The position numbers and the translations under genes are program-made. From Octopus vulgaris (lineage: Eukaryota), in the NCBI GenBank assembly GCA_951406725.2, contig OX597816.1, positions 112,902,001-112,966,000 on the forward strand: a stretch of DNA of 64,000 nt. The letters run 5' to 3'. The stretch's first letter is position 1. Every line of letters begins with the position of its first letter. The notes under the pieces are model-generated. The model was not told the origin of the DNA and did no database searches. It was given only the letters and a program-made list of their open reading frames with translations. This document shows positions 37,151 to 51,450 of the stretch, piece after piece.

Positions 37151-39366
37151 TTGTATATATCAAAAAGCATTCCAGCCCTGATCATCCAGTCACTTTTTCT
37201 GATGCAGTATAACATCAGTTTATATTATCCAATGTATCTGTCTTTCTCTTATTTGGGGTTTTTGAAATCATTTATGCAATTTGTGGGCAATTTGGCTTCT
37301 TTTACCAACAAGCTAAGTGACCATGAAGAAACTTTGATTGCGTATCCCTTGGCACAATTTGGTTTCATTTGGTTTGGTAATATGTTGTATATTTAGTGAT
37401 CGTATGATTATGTAAACTGCAGTGTAGTAATGAGCTTTTACCATCGTACTTAGTTGTTTAGAGGTTCAGAATGAAGCTCTGCATATGTATGTAGTTAAAG
37501 CAGAACAGTTTTCATTAATATGGGGAGTTTATTAATAAAGCTAGTTCATGGCTTAGGGCTTTAAATTTCACTGTATGATAGCTATGAAATAACATCACTT
37601 GAACTTCTGGGGTAAAAGGTTAAAAGCAACATATTCTGATAACAGTGGTGAAGTCCAGAGAATCACAGATGAAAATATGTTGTATGTTTCCATAAAGTAG
37701 CATTGATTTAATGTTATGTGATACCTAATAAATGAAAGAATTATATCTCTTATAACCTTGTTTAGTGCCAGACCAGTCCTAATTGAATAGAAAGAGCTAT
37801 ATAATCAATGTTGTTCAAGCCATGATTATCATACTTTTATGCTTTATCTTCACAGTAGATCCAGGGCCACATTGGCTAATGTATCCCATTAAGGAAAATG
37901 TAACTGCTATTTTTAGCAGATCATTTGACTGCCTTGTTCATTCAGATGATTGAGTGAAAATTATTAGAAACAGTTAAGAAAAGGTATCATAGTTTATGAC
38001 ACCATCAACTGATTTAACAGATTTTATAATTAATTTCTAGAAAAATATTTCTAAACTAAGTGCAATCAGCTATCTATTTTTTATTTGAGAATCTCTAGAT
38101 TTTTAAAAAATTCCCACCTGGTTTACAAATGTAAAAGGCACTTATTTCTCTGAATGGTTTAGTTAAAAAGATTTTTTATAAAAAGCATGCTGTTGTATGT
38201 AGAGACTGCAGTAGTGTCTATGTGGGAGACTCTCCATTTATTTGTAACTTTTGTTTTACATAGTTTGAGATTAATTAAAGTTATAAAAAATATTCAGATT
38301 TTTTGTCTACATAAAATATTTCTCATGAATTAATGTTTAAGTATATTTGTGAATCTATCAAAAATTACTTTAATTGAAACAAACATTCAAGTTCTATAAT
38401 AAGATTTCTTTTGCAAAAGTATAAGCGTTTCTTTGTGAAATGATTTACAGAGGAATTTTCATTCATTTTTCAACTGAAAACATTAATAATAATGTAAATT
38501 GATCAGCATTCAAATTAACTTCAGTTAACTGTCAGTTTTAAAAAAGTATTAATTTATTTTATGTCTAACCATTTTTTTTTAATGTTAAATGTTGCTACTA
38601 TTATATTTATTATTCATTTATATAAGACTGACTAGTGTATAAGATTTATTAGTCTCAAGAGGAGCCAACAGCGATATATTATATAATCAGACATTGGTTT
38701 TCTTTTTAACCATTATATATATAGATATAGATATATACTTTTTTTTGTTTTTGGTGGGTGGGGTGTGTTTTTTGCAATGGTAATCTTAGAATAATGTCTT
38801 TCTGAATATAACTCTGCATGTAGTTTCTATCTGTCTCAGTTGGCAGAATCGGTAGAGTAGTGAACGAAAATGCCTGGTGAAATATTGTTACACTCCTTCC
38901 ATGTTTTATGTTTTGAATCCAACAGACATCAACTTTGCCTTTTATCTTTAAAAGTGTCGATAGAATAATAATGGGATTGATAAGATCGATAAGATCGCCT
39001 ATATCTTTCCCACAAAATATGTGACCTTATAGCTATGTTAGAAATCAATATCATTTATCTATGAATATCTCTAGGAACAATATGTACTACAATGAACTAC
39101 AATGTATGATTTGGAAATTGAAGTTTGTATGCAATGTACAGAAGAGAATACTGATGTTTCTTACAAAGCCCTTCAGTAGAAAGAAAGGAAAGATTCTTTA
39201 CAAAGTTTACTGAGTGCATTGGCACCAGCACTAAAAAGTATACTTTGTCCCCAACAAGGCTACAAGCTCCTTTCTACTGCATGTTGTCCCCATCCATTCA
39301 CCAACTTTGCAATACATTATGTTTTTATTTCAACATGTGTTTGTTAGGAGTGAAAAGGGATACAAC

Positions 39367-39592
39367 CTATTTCTTTACTACCCACAAGGGGCTAAACACA
39401 GAGAGGACAAATAAGGACACACAAATGGAGTAAGTCGATTATATCGACCCCAGTGCATAACTGGTATTTATTTAATCGATCCCGAAGCGATGAAACGCAA
39501 AATTGACCTCGGTGGAATTTGAACTCAGAATGTAAAGACAGATGAAATACCGCTAAGCATCTCGCCCAGCGTGCTAACGTTTTTGCCAGCTC
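39367..39592 (-). mobile_element. SINE family B, full length
   Basis: Reverse complement of 56520-56752. Confidence 0.9.
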
Positions 39593-39734
39593 AACCCATT
39601 TCAGGACTTCCGAGACAGATAGGAGAAACAATGTGGGTTACATTCACTGGAGGCTTAACATGAATGCTTACAGCAAAGTGACCCCTCTAAAAACACCCTA
39701 GGATTCAGTGATGACATATTATCTTTCAAACGTT

Positions 39735-40101
39735 AGACTGCAGCCATGATGGGCCAACACCTTGAAGAATTTTAGTCAAACAAATCAACCCAAATCCTTT
39801 TATTTGTTTATTTGTAAGTCTAGTACTTATTCTATCATTCTCTTGCTGAACTAGGTTACAGGGACATAAACACACCAACACCAGTTGTCAAGCAGTGGTG
39901 GGGGGAATCAGACACAATAACACACACACACACACATACAATGGACTTTTGTCAGTTTCCCTCTACCAAATCCGCTTACAAGACTTTGGTCTGCTCAAGG
40001 CTATAGTGGAAGACACTTGCAACATGGTGCCACACAGTAGGACTAGACTCAGAACCATGTGGGTGGGAAGCAAAACTTCTTATCACACAGCCATGTCTGT
40101 A
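39735..40101 (-). mobile_element. SINE family A
   Basis: Reverse complement of family A with internal (CA)n. Confidence 0.8.
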
Positions 40102-40186
40102 CCCATTACATAAAAAAAAGATTGCAGTCTTTTCTCTCTTTGAAGCTGAGCTCTGCTCAAAATATCTGTAAGTTTGTCTGCCCACA

Positions 40187-40440
40187 ATCATCATCATCAT
40201 CATCATTATCGTCATTTAACATCTGTCTTCCATGTCAGCACAGGTTGGACTGTTTGACAGGAGCTGGCAAGCCAAAGAGCTGCACCAGGTTCCATTGTCT
40301 GCTTTGACATGGTTTCTACAGCTGGATGCACTTCCTAACACCAACCACTTTTCAGAGTGTACTAGGTGCTTGTTACGTGGCACCAGCACTGTTGCTTTTT
40401 ACATGGTACCATCCCCAGTGGGTCACCAAGTAACTTGCTG
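40187..40440 (-). mobile_element. RTE-type 3' UTR fragment
   Basis: (CAT)n-tttaacatc...ggttggac...tttctacagctggatgcacttcctaacaccaaccac. Confidence 0.75.
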
Positions 40441-41329
40441 GGAGAGGGAGAGGGAGTGGAACCAAGGGAAGTAGCTTTGTGCCAGCTCCAAACATAACTA
40501 AAGAATATTTACTGACACAAATCACCACTAGTGTCCTCAAACTCTGAAGAGGGGTGGGGTATGTAATCTACCTTTTACTGGACACTTTGGCTCCTTAAGA
40601 GGAGCAGCACACCATGTTGCAAGCATTCATGTCAGTTTTCTGGTTTGGAGATGACATCATCCCTTCCTCCAACTTGTTATAGAGGCCCTGAAAAGAGTCA
40701 AAGACACTGTCTTTCTTCCTCTGATTAACATATGTAGAAATTAATGATATTTTGTAAATTGGTTTGTGTTAAAAATAGCATCCAACCATAGAAACCATGC
40801 TAAGAAGTATATGTACAGAAAGAATGCCCAAGCAGTAGCTCTGTATAAGAACTAACTTAGATGATGACAAACCATCCAACTTATGCTAGCTTACAAAACA
40901 GATGTAAAATAGATATATTGATAAAGATGAAGATGCTGACAATAATGATGAATAAACTCGATAGTAGATACATTTTTCTTTCCATTTTAACAAAGCTGCA
41001 ATGATTTTGTTGCCTTTCCAATGACTTCCATATCTGAAAAATGAAAGCTGTACAGTCTCCTTAGACATTGGCAGTAACTCTACTGCCAATGTTAAATATG
41101 TTTTAAAACTTAAGGACACTTTCAGATTTGAAGCTTGGCTCTATGTAAGCAATAACTTCTAAAGTATATTCATTTCTCAACCTTTAGAATGCAGTAGGAA
41201 TAACTTTCTTTTAAAGATTACTTGTCTTTATGGTTCAAAAAAACAAAAACGAAAAATAAATCATCTTATACCATTTTACTTTCTATTACTAATAATAGAT
41301 TATTTTAAAAACATCAGCAGCGGTAATGG

Positions 41330-42373
41330 GCTAGACAAAATACTTTGCTGAATTGAGTTATGTTCTTTTATATTCTGAGTTAAAACCTCTCTGGGGTTGA
41401 CTTTGTCTTTCATTCTTACAGGGTCAATATATTACTCTCTGCCAAGTAACCTAATTGACTATACCCTCCTGCTCTCCTATAACTTGCGAACTTATGCCAA
41501 ACTTAGAAATGTTATTATTGTTATTATTATTTGGATAGTGGAGTTGTAGAATCAAGAGGAACGCAAGATAAAGTACCTTTTTAGCTTTTTGGTGTTTAGT
41601 TTGCACACAATTATATTCTCAGTTCAAATCCCACTGTGTCTATGAAATAAATAGCAGTAAAATATCAACAAAATAAATTCAATTACTTATACTACCCTGC
41701 TACAAATTATGGCTGTGTGCCAATATGAGAAGTATTAAATTATCAGATACAATGCCTTGTACTAATTTTGTTATGGCTTTTCATATTCTGGTTTCAAATC
41801 CCAAAGGGATCACTTTTACATTTCATCTCATCAGGGTCAATAAAAATTAGTACCAACCAAGTACTGGGGTTGATATAATTGACTGTTACACTTACTCTAC
41901 ATTTCTAAGCCAATGTTAGATCATCATCATCATCATCGTCGTCGTCATCATTATCATCATCAAGGTAGTGAGCTGGCTCATTAGAGTGTCAGAAAAATTG
42001 CTTTGCAGTATTTGTTCTGGATCTTCATGTTCTGAGTTCTAATTTTGCTGAGATCAGTTTTGCCTTTCATCCCTGTGGAGTCAATAAAATAAAGTACTGA
42101 AGTTGATGGTATTACCCAACTCCCAACTACTAAAAATAGCTGATCTTGTGCCTGAATCATCATCATCATCATCATCATCATTATTATTATTAAGGTAGTG
42201 AACTGGCAGAATTGTTAGCACACTGGAAAAATTGCTTAGCATTTCATCTGTCTTTACATTCTGAGTTCAAATTCTGACTTTGCGTTCATCACTTGGGTCG
42301 ATGTTATTGACTCACACCCACTTCCAAGCTTGCTGGCCTTGTGCCAAAATTTGAAACCATTATTATTATTATT
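41330..42373 (+). mobile_element. Array of ~5 head-to-tail SINE family B units
   Basis: Repeated attctgagttcaaat core separated by (TTA)n/(CAT)n. Confidence 0.75.
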
Positions 42374-42930
42374 GAGTGAGAGAACAGTACATGCCATCAA
42401 ACTGACACTGGGGTAAAATATACAAAGCCCAGTATACCCATCATAACTACCCATCTGATAAGGGTACACTAGGCACATGCATCACAACCATATGTGACGA
42501 CATGGTGTTCTCATATCAAGATAAACAGCACATGACCTTGTAGGTGGGGCCCAGTTAGAATTTTCTTCAGGTCGAATAACACATCCTGCTTAAAAGGTCA
42601 CTGAATAAGGGTTGTTTAAGGATGTTGAACAAAACACCCATATTTCCAGAGGTGAATTATTCAAACCCCAAAGAATCCCTATCAACACATGGCTATGATG
42701 CTCCCCCACTACTTTTGCTTGTGATCAGAGATGCACATATTGTCAGCCACTAAGGAACATGGTCAACTGGTTACGGTCAAACAACTGACAAGCAAATCTG
42801 TGGTATTGAGCAGAATATTTGCTGTGCCCCATCTTTTATACCAAGACAAAACAATGAACATGATAACACTTCCGATCAGTTAAGATCAGAAGCCATGAGA
42901 GCCACTACCTGGTACTGCATCAGGGCATTT
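42374..42930 (-). mobile_element. Family D element, second full copy, within (TTA)n
   Basis: Collinear with 10087-10635. Confidence 0.8.
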
Positions 42931-42944
42931 ATACTGCATCATTA

Positions 42945-42982
<38 letters not shown>

Positions 42983-43706
42983 GATGAGGCTTTGTGCCTA
43001 TAGTAGAAAGGATTATTGTTGTTGTTATTGCTGTCACTACAATAACGGTAATCTAGTCAACTTGTGATAAATTGCATGACAACTTTAGTGAAATGTATAG
43101 ATTGTGGGTGGACTACAAATGCACATCTTTGAAGCTGTTCTGCTTTCCACTTAGAACCAAGTGCAATAATATCCAAGTATTTATTTCTGTTTCCTTTCCT
43201 AATGTTACAATTGAAGATAATTTCGAGCAGGGTATATTCTTTTCAGATCAAACCAAGTTATTTCATGTTTACAATAAGCTACATTAAGAGGACAAAATGC
43301 CTGATATTTAAGGGAATCATTTTAGATTTGATTGGTGTAGATATGGATGTTATCAAGTCTATTTATGTGATGCAGTTATTGATCAATCCATATGAGAATA
43401 TTAACATATGTTCTGCATGATATTCAGAAACCATTTCTTGTTTACTTTCCAGAATAAAAAAGCATTATGGTAAATTATGAAGTGAAAATTTTAATATCAC
43501 TTCAAATGAAAAATAGAAAAGGTTATTGTTTATGTACTTATATGACATGCAATCACACATACACACTCATTGCCAGTTGCTAGGGGTACTATGAAACTCA
43601 TACCACAAGAAAGCAATTCAGTTTGAGTTTACTACATATATATCTTTAATAAACAATACACTTTAAATCAACATTGAGATACATCATATATAGAAATATA
43701 TATATA

Positions 43707-43756
<50 letters not shown>

Positions 43757-43757
<1 letters not shown>

Positions 43758-43975
43758 TCTTTTATTGTTTTCAGTCACTTGACTGTGGCCATGCTGGAAC
43801 ACCACCGTTAGTCAAACAAATTGACCCCAGGACTTATTCTTTGTAAACCTAGTACTTATTCTATTGGTCTCTTTTGCTGAAATGCTAAGTTACTGGGATG
43901 TAAACACACTAACACATGCTGTCAAGTGATGGTGGGGAGACAAACATTCACACACACACACACACACATACATAC
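43757..43975 (-). mobile_element. SINE family A, 3' half
   Basis: Reverse complement of the family A tail, ending at the internal (CA)n. Confidence 0.85.
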
Positions 43976-44156
43976 ATACTTCTACTTCCAATGTTAAATA
44001 TGTTTTAAAACTTCAAGACACTTTCAGATTTGAAGCTTGGCTCTATGTAAGCAATAACTTCTACAGTATATTCATTTCTTAATCTTTAGAATGCAGTAAG
44101 AATAACTTTCTTTGAAAGATCACTTGTCTTTACGCTTCAAAAAACAAATACACATA

Positions 44157-45230
44157 TTGAGGAGACTAAATTCACTAACAAAGACTCAGTCCACCACTCT
44201 CTTCAAATTACAGTATGCCGATGACTGCAAAACTACACCCTCAAACCAGCCAGCCTTCAGCAGAACCTAGACACCATGTGCAATACCTATTATCAAGCTG
44301 GACTCCAGGTCAACACCAAGAAAACAGAGATCCTTCAACACTCCAAAAAGGGTTCACCCCCACTGTGACTCTTTCGATCCAAGACAACCAGCTAAAGAAC
44401 ACCGAGAAATTCATCTATTTGGGTAGCATCATCTCAAGCAATCTCATTGACCACAAAATTCAGAATTATATCTACCTTGCTGCTTCCACTTTTGGATGTC
44501 TCAAGGATAGGGTCTTCCTTAATCGTGATCTGAATCTCCCTATGAAAATCAAGGTTATCGTATTGTTGTGTTTTACATGCTTCTGTATGCCACAGAAACC
44601 TGAACACTTTATTGTTGTCATATCAAACTCCTCGAATCCTTTCATATCTGCTGTTTCCAATGCATTCTTCCTCTGACCTGGAAGGACAAGATCCCACATA
44701 CAGAGATCCTGAGATGAGCAAAATTGACCAGCATCAAATGCATGATCCTCAAATGCCAACTGCACTGGGTGGGGCATTTTATCAGGATGCCGGAAAACTG
44801 TATTCCCAAGATTATCCTTTTGGGGGAGTTAGCAGAGGGTAACTGACCACATGGAGGTCCAAAGAAGCGATATAAAGATCATCTCAAGAAATCTCTGAAG
44901 CTCTGCAACATCTTCCCTGGTGAACTTGAAACACTGGCCACAGACTGTACTACCTGGAGGGGTATGGTCAAAACTGGTTCACAACATTTTGAGGATGAGC
45001 AGACTAGACTTCGCGAAGAAAAGTGGAGACAGCTCAAGGAACATCATCAAAATTCTAGTTGAGCTCATCTTCATTGGAGCCCTCTTTGCTGCTCTCAGTG
45101 TAATCAGACATGTGCCTCCAGAATCAGCCTTTTCAGCGACGAGAGGGCCTGCCAACGCCATCAAGACAACCCCTAAGGATCAAAGATGACATCATCATCT
45201 GTCAGGATGGACTGCTTTAAGCAAGTAAGC
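44157..45230 (+). mobile_element. RTE-clade (BovB-like) LINE, 5'-truncated, decayed RT C-terminal half
   Basis: LQYADDC (44209-44229), EKFIYLGSII, LTWKDKIP, QLHWVGH..RMP..CIPK..L.GEL..G...GGPKKRYKD.LK, terminal CSQCNQTCASRISLFS; broken by frameshifts. Confidence 0.9.
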
Positions 45231-46048
45231 ATACACATATATACATACATATATAAACTTTTATATATATACTCATATGTATATATATAGGTTTGTTGAT
45301 GCAAACAAGAAAAATAGAACTCAAAATATGAGTTTGATAAGTGCCAATGCATGGAGGTCTCAACCATGAGTCACACTGTTGCTTCTGCTAAATAATATTA
45401 AAAAAACAAAACATATATTCACATATTTATATATTTATCTCTTTCTTTCTCTCTGTACTTGTATCAGCCCAATCTATTTTTAATGTTCGTTTTTGTTCAC
45501 AAGAGAAATGGATATAGATTAAATAGAGAAGTAATTATTAATGATATACATCCTCTTCTATAACCTATGATGACACCATATGAAATAACTAGATTTAATA
45601 TTGAACTGTTTTTTTTTTCTAATCCCCACTATATTGAACATAAAGCTATACGTGGATAGTTCCCAGAGTATATCAGTTTTTCTATTAGATGTTGCTTGCC
45701 CCTCACTCAAACATTTTCCATTTCTGGAGAAAGTGATGCTATTAATGGTCTTCCATGTGTCTCCTTGTGGCGCAATTTAACTGATTCTGAGAAAAGAAAC
45801 AAGTGAAAATACTGAATTACTACTTGGGGAAAAAATATAATTGAACAAAGATTACATTGAAAACTTGTTTACAAAGAGAAACAGAAAATGCATAGAACAC
45901 TTTTGGTATCTTAAAATTTGTAAAAATCACGTAATTTTCTCATGTATAAGAAAAAAGATTTGCTTCATATGATTCTTGTAATTCACATTGTTGCCTTTTC
46001 TTGGTAGTATTAGAAAGATAGATCATAAATTGTATTTGAAGTCCATTC

Positions 46049-46098
<50 letters not shown>

Positions 46099-49000
46099 TG
46101 CAACAAATTAATGATATTAGTACTGTTACATGAATCAATAAGTTATAAACCTGATCTAATAAGAGAGAACTTTGATTTTTGCCAATATATTATACATGAA
46201 TCATACAATCCAATTACGAAAACTTCTGAAAAAGCAGCAAATCACCCTCAAATCACATCTCATTATCATAAAATGTAAAAACACTGAAGATAATGTAGTC
46301 TTTGGTAGCCTTGGAATGATGGGATTATCATGGCTAGAATCCTTTTGATCAGAGCTCTATTCATTCAAGGCTGACCTTGGTTAAACAATGATAGCAACAA
46401 TATGAAACAGTGTTCATGACTGCATTTTGAAACCTCTCAAATGAAATGCCTCCTCTTGCTTATGTAACAAGATACCAGTTTAACCTTGTGGTTGAGAAAT
46501 TGCTTTTGTAATCTCTTCTGGGTTCAATCATACTCTTTGGAACCATGGGCAAGTGTCTTCTACCATAACCCCTGGAGGACTCAAGTATTGTGAGTGAAGT
46601 TCAATAAAGTGAAAATAGAAGTCTGTCAGATGGATTGCACCTGCTCTTGGATAGTAGACTTGCTCTATTGATTAATATAAACTCATTATCTGAGTATGGA
46701 TACTTTTAGTGAAGTTCATTTGGATTGGCAGAATTATTTGAGCATCAAATAGAATATCCTGCAGCATTTAGTTTCAGCCTATTGTATTCTGGGTTCAATT
46801 TCTATCAAGATTAACCTTGCCATTCATTCATCCAGGGTCAATAAAATTATGTACTAGTTAAGTACCATTGCTGATTTGACTAAACAGTATCTTCCAGGAT
46901 TCTTCAAGTAAGAAACTATGGCTGGTTTGTTAAACAAATCTTCTTGGTGCTTCTTACACTTTAAATTTAGATAAGGATGTAAAACAAATGGTCACAGTAT
47001 TCTTATGAGGTGCTACAAAACCTAGGTACTGCTAACATTGGAAGTCATAATGGTGGAACCATGCTACATAAGCCCTATTATTAAGATAAGCAGCACATTT
47101 GTCAATGTTCCTGATAAACATCAACAGAAGGAAAAAATGGACTCTGTTGAAAGCATTAAAACTAGATCTCTAATCTGAGAAGAACTCTCCATCTCAAGGC
47201 ATTGTTTCTATCTGAAGCAGCCTGTTTGCCATAATTTTTGCTACCTGTCTTTCACCAGTCTTGGAAGCCCTGCAAAAAAAATGTCATTAGTGTTCCTTTT
47301 CTTTCATTTGACCAAGCCCTTTTTATTTAATTCTGTGTTACTGCCTTGACCTTGCTGTCATTAATGCATTGCATATTTATCAGCGACTTTTGGAAAACCA
47401 CCAGAAATTAAGAGAAACAAGCTTGGTACAGCATTTATTCACTAAAGACATATGTATAATATCTCAAAGTCTCTTGTGCCATATGACAATTAACTTTGTC
47501 CTAATGCAAAATTAGGATGATTCAGCAACTATGATAAACTTTTTCTCTTAGACAGTCTTTTATTAACCCTGTTATAACCATATCTTTTGAAAAATATAAT
47601 GCATATGCTAGGTTGTTTTCTTTTATTAAAGAATTTGAAGAGAATTTGTAAAATGACTAACTTTTTCATTGTTATGCTGATAGCATTAGCTCCTCACATA
47701 ATGATGATAGAATGTTTTGATATGAATATGAATACTTTATAATGTTATTGTTTTGTTTTACGTTTTTTTAACTATGGTACCAGAGTCAGTTTCAGATAAG
47801 TTGTTTTAAAATAGTTAAAAATTTAAGAATATTTTCTAGAAAATATTAATTACCAACATTTTCCCAAGTTATAAATTTGTTTAGAATTTTATGAATTTTT
47901 GTTCAATACTAAAATTTGAATTATCAAAATACAATTATTATGTTTAATTCAAACAGAATTTTTTAAAAAATAAATATAGTAAATTTATGAAATCATTATT
48001 AAACTGTGTGTGTATTCTATCATTTACTAAAACGGTACATTTGTTGACAACTATACCCAAAGGAATCATTATTTTCTAACGAAATTAACACTACTCATCA
48101 GTATGCATACATATGACATACAAAATGTCAGAAAAGATTTATTGAAATGTAAAAAAAGTAAGATATACTGAATCTGCATTGAATTCTTAGTTTTGATTTG
48201 TTTGGGTTTTCATTTATATGTTTCCACTGATGATTTTAATTCATGATGTCAACCAAGCAAGCAAACTCTTAATACGGTTTCCATTTTTGGCCTATAAAAA
48301 ATAGCAATCTATCAGTTACATTGAATCTGCTGCCGCTACTGCAAATCATCTCCTTCAACATTATCTGTTTCAATAAGGAGTGAGTCTACAGCATAACAGA
48401 TGCTGTGTACAAAACATTGGCCAATCTTCTTTCACTGCTTGTCTGTAGCAAGGTCAAATGCTTCATTAAATCTCAAATTACATCCAGCCAGGCCATCATT
48501 AACTTGTGAAATATGCTCTTTGCAAAGCTCCTTTGACATGATAAGGCTCTGCAGCTAAATGTTTGTAATTTGAAAGTCTGGTTTTCTCAGAGTATTCCCT
48601 GTCACAACTAATCAATTTGAACATAACACACTTCTATCTAATAAAGTTTGCATTCTTTCAGTTATCTCTTCGTTATTTATTTTTTGTAGAATACTTGAAG
48701 TATCAATGATAGAGCTGGGTCAATAACCCAAACCTGAGTTGCTAGACTGTCTCTTGGTATTGGCTGTATATACCTGATTCTGCCTGAGCATTGCATTTAA
48801 GATATGTGTGTGAAATATTCATCCACATTCACACTGATTCAATACACTTAGTAAATAAGTTAATTAACTGAAAACTCATAGTTGGAAATTTTGGCAGATT
48901 TATAGACACAGGCTTGGTAATGTGGTTAAGAAGTTTGCTCTCAAACTATATCCAGCAGTTTATCAGTTCACCTACTGAACAGTTATTGCCCATTATATTC

Positions 49001-50489
49001 CAGTTCTTGCTATCTCTCGTTGTTATTTAGCCCATGGTTGGCTCAGACTAAACATACCTATGGTTGCAGGCATTCCAGTCACAACCATCCTGCTCTCTTT
49101 ATTTGAGCATTGCCTACATAGGACTATATTATCCAATGTGTTACTCTCTTTTCAAGGAATCATAATGAGGGACACACACACGGACATATGCACATTCACA
49201 AGCATATGCAAGAATATGTAGGCATTAAGTTTTAAGACTGTTCAAATTCCTGGCAAATTTCCTTTCAAATACTTGCCAGTGGGCTCCAGCAGTCAGCACC
49301 AGCGAACTGTGATACAATCTAGGCTTCAACTGACCAATGGAGGAGAAGAGCACATTGTTTTGACCTATGCCCTCCTTTAACCTACCTTCCAAAAGAGTCA
49401 TTTTTGATACAAAACCTCCTGTTATAAAATTTTCAATATTTAAATCGAACTAACCAGTAATATTTTGACAAAACCCTATCTGATTACTTATACTAATAAA
49501 TGAAGTTATTTTACTCACTAATTCAAAATTTTTTATTACTTTCAAAATTAATTTAATGTGTCTTCCAGCATACAAATCCATGTAGTATAGGGTAAATATA
49601 AGTAAACATTCAAATATCATCACTATCTTTCAAATCCTACTACATTTGATCTTGAACTTTTGGTCCTCCAAGGTCATTTTGGTGTATAAGTCTACCTACT
49701 TTTTTTTTTTTTTACTGTAAATTTTTTTCTATGGTAACTTAATGGCTGTATTAGACTTGGTCATAAAAAGGGTGTTAACTAGAAGTTGTTGACAAATATT
49801 GTTTCAAGTGACATTCTTCAAAAGGGTTTAAATTTTGTTCTGATGCAATTATAATTCAACTGAAAATTTTTTTATCATCAAAAAGTGTTGAATGTTTCTT
49901 AACTTCTTCATCTCAGTATACGTCCCAATAATGCTGGGAGGTGTTGTCACATCTTTGTTTTTTGATATGTTGTGAACAATCACAAGTCTCGTATTTGTAC
50001 CCCCTCCCCTATTCCAGTTTTTCTTTTTCTTTTGACTAAGATTTGCAAACTAACAAGAATTGTCAAGCCAGCTAGAGGGACCACTACATGGTAAATGAAG
50101 TTACCAGAAATAAAAGTCAAATCTTCCTCAAATTCACTCTCCTGTCAAAGGGACTGACACGTTAAATAGTATAGTTCTATATACACTTTGTCTGAAAAGG
50201 ACAGGATGATTATTAATGGAATGCTCTAAGTCATTGATCTCTGCCTTATGAGGGTTGATCAAAGAAATCAACAGCAGCAACAATCTTGTATAATTCCTCA
50301 CAAATGCAAGCTATACTCCCCCCCCCCTTCCATGAAACAGAGGTCAACCAATTTAATTAAGAGTGAAATATTTCTTCTTGAGACATCACATATACTGGCA
50401 ATGAGATCGAATGTAGGTGTCAGGTGTCAAGACAAATTTTACACATTATAATATCTTTAATCCTTTTTCTCTCACTTGCATTCATTCAG

Positions 50490-50534
50490 AATGACGACAC
50501 CGCTGTCTTTCTCTTTCTCATTCTTAGATAAAAG
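50490..50534 (+). other. Candidate 45-nt exon of an unidentified host gene
   Basis: Pyrimidine tract tcctttttctctcacttgcattcattcAG, donor AAG|GTGAGG; one open frame (MTTPLSFSFSFLDK); no homology recognised. Confidence 0.3.
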
Positions 50535-51084
50535 GTGAGGAGCGTGAAATGTTTGATTTTCCACTCCTTACAGCAATTGAACTTATCAAACTCTTCTATG
50601 AACTCTCCATAGAACTGATACTGTTAAGTTCATATATATATATATATATGCTATTGAAGGTGACAATCAATACAGTTCAATGTCTTTGAACTTCGGTTGT
50701 GCGTGTTATGTAGTAGTGGAGATTTGGGATTTTTTAATATTTTTTTAATCGTGTTTACTTGAAATGCTACTTTATCTATATTGATTGAATTATCTACCAT
50801 CTCTTTACTGAGTTTAGAAGCTTACTTTGAACCAAGGTGTCTTCTTTATACTACATAAATGTTCTTTCTTCTGCTCAATTCTAAAATGTTAACTATATTA
50901 TAAGCACCTGAATTTCATAGCTAGGTCAGTAAAAAAAAATTCAAGTTGAAATAAGAAGTTGAAAACAATCCTGATGAAGATTCCTATTGTCTATAACTGA
51001 TCACTGAATGTGTTTCTAAACCTTATATCATGGCATGCACTTTTATACATGATTTCAACAGCACCAAATGACTCAAATTTAGAG

Positions 51085-51450
51085 TCTTTATTGCAACTGG
51101 AACACTGTCAAATACTTTCCTAAGTTGCCAAAGGCAAAGGATACTTATTTGCTTTTAAGTTCAGAATTTGTTTAGCATTATATCTGTAATCAATATATTT
51201 GATCTGAAAACTGCAGCTACATTGAACAGCCTTTCTGCATTTATCCCCTATCTTAACTCCTCATCTGGCTATTATTCACAATCTTAAGATAATTAATATG
51301 GGCACTTCAATTACAGCACTGTCTCAGAAGGGTATAAACTTTTTGTATTTGTAGAATGTTGTGTTTGAATAAATTTGGAAAAGGAATATTATCCTATCAT
51401 TTGCTTTGTTAATCACTACTCTTTCAGCACATCTTTCCAAGTTCAGTCAG
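51085..51450 (-). mobile_element. Highly degenerate RTE-like RT remnant
   Basis: Minus strand tttgcctttggcaacttaggaaagtatttgacagtgttcca resembles FAFVDLEKAFDRVP; upstream EMQ.G-like segment. Confidence 0.5.

Noticed and set aside
48300-48720. Coding-looking stretch on the minus strand
   Set aside because: Multiple stops and no motif I can assign; at most a very old transposon remnant
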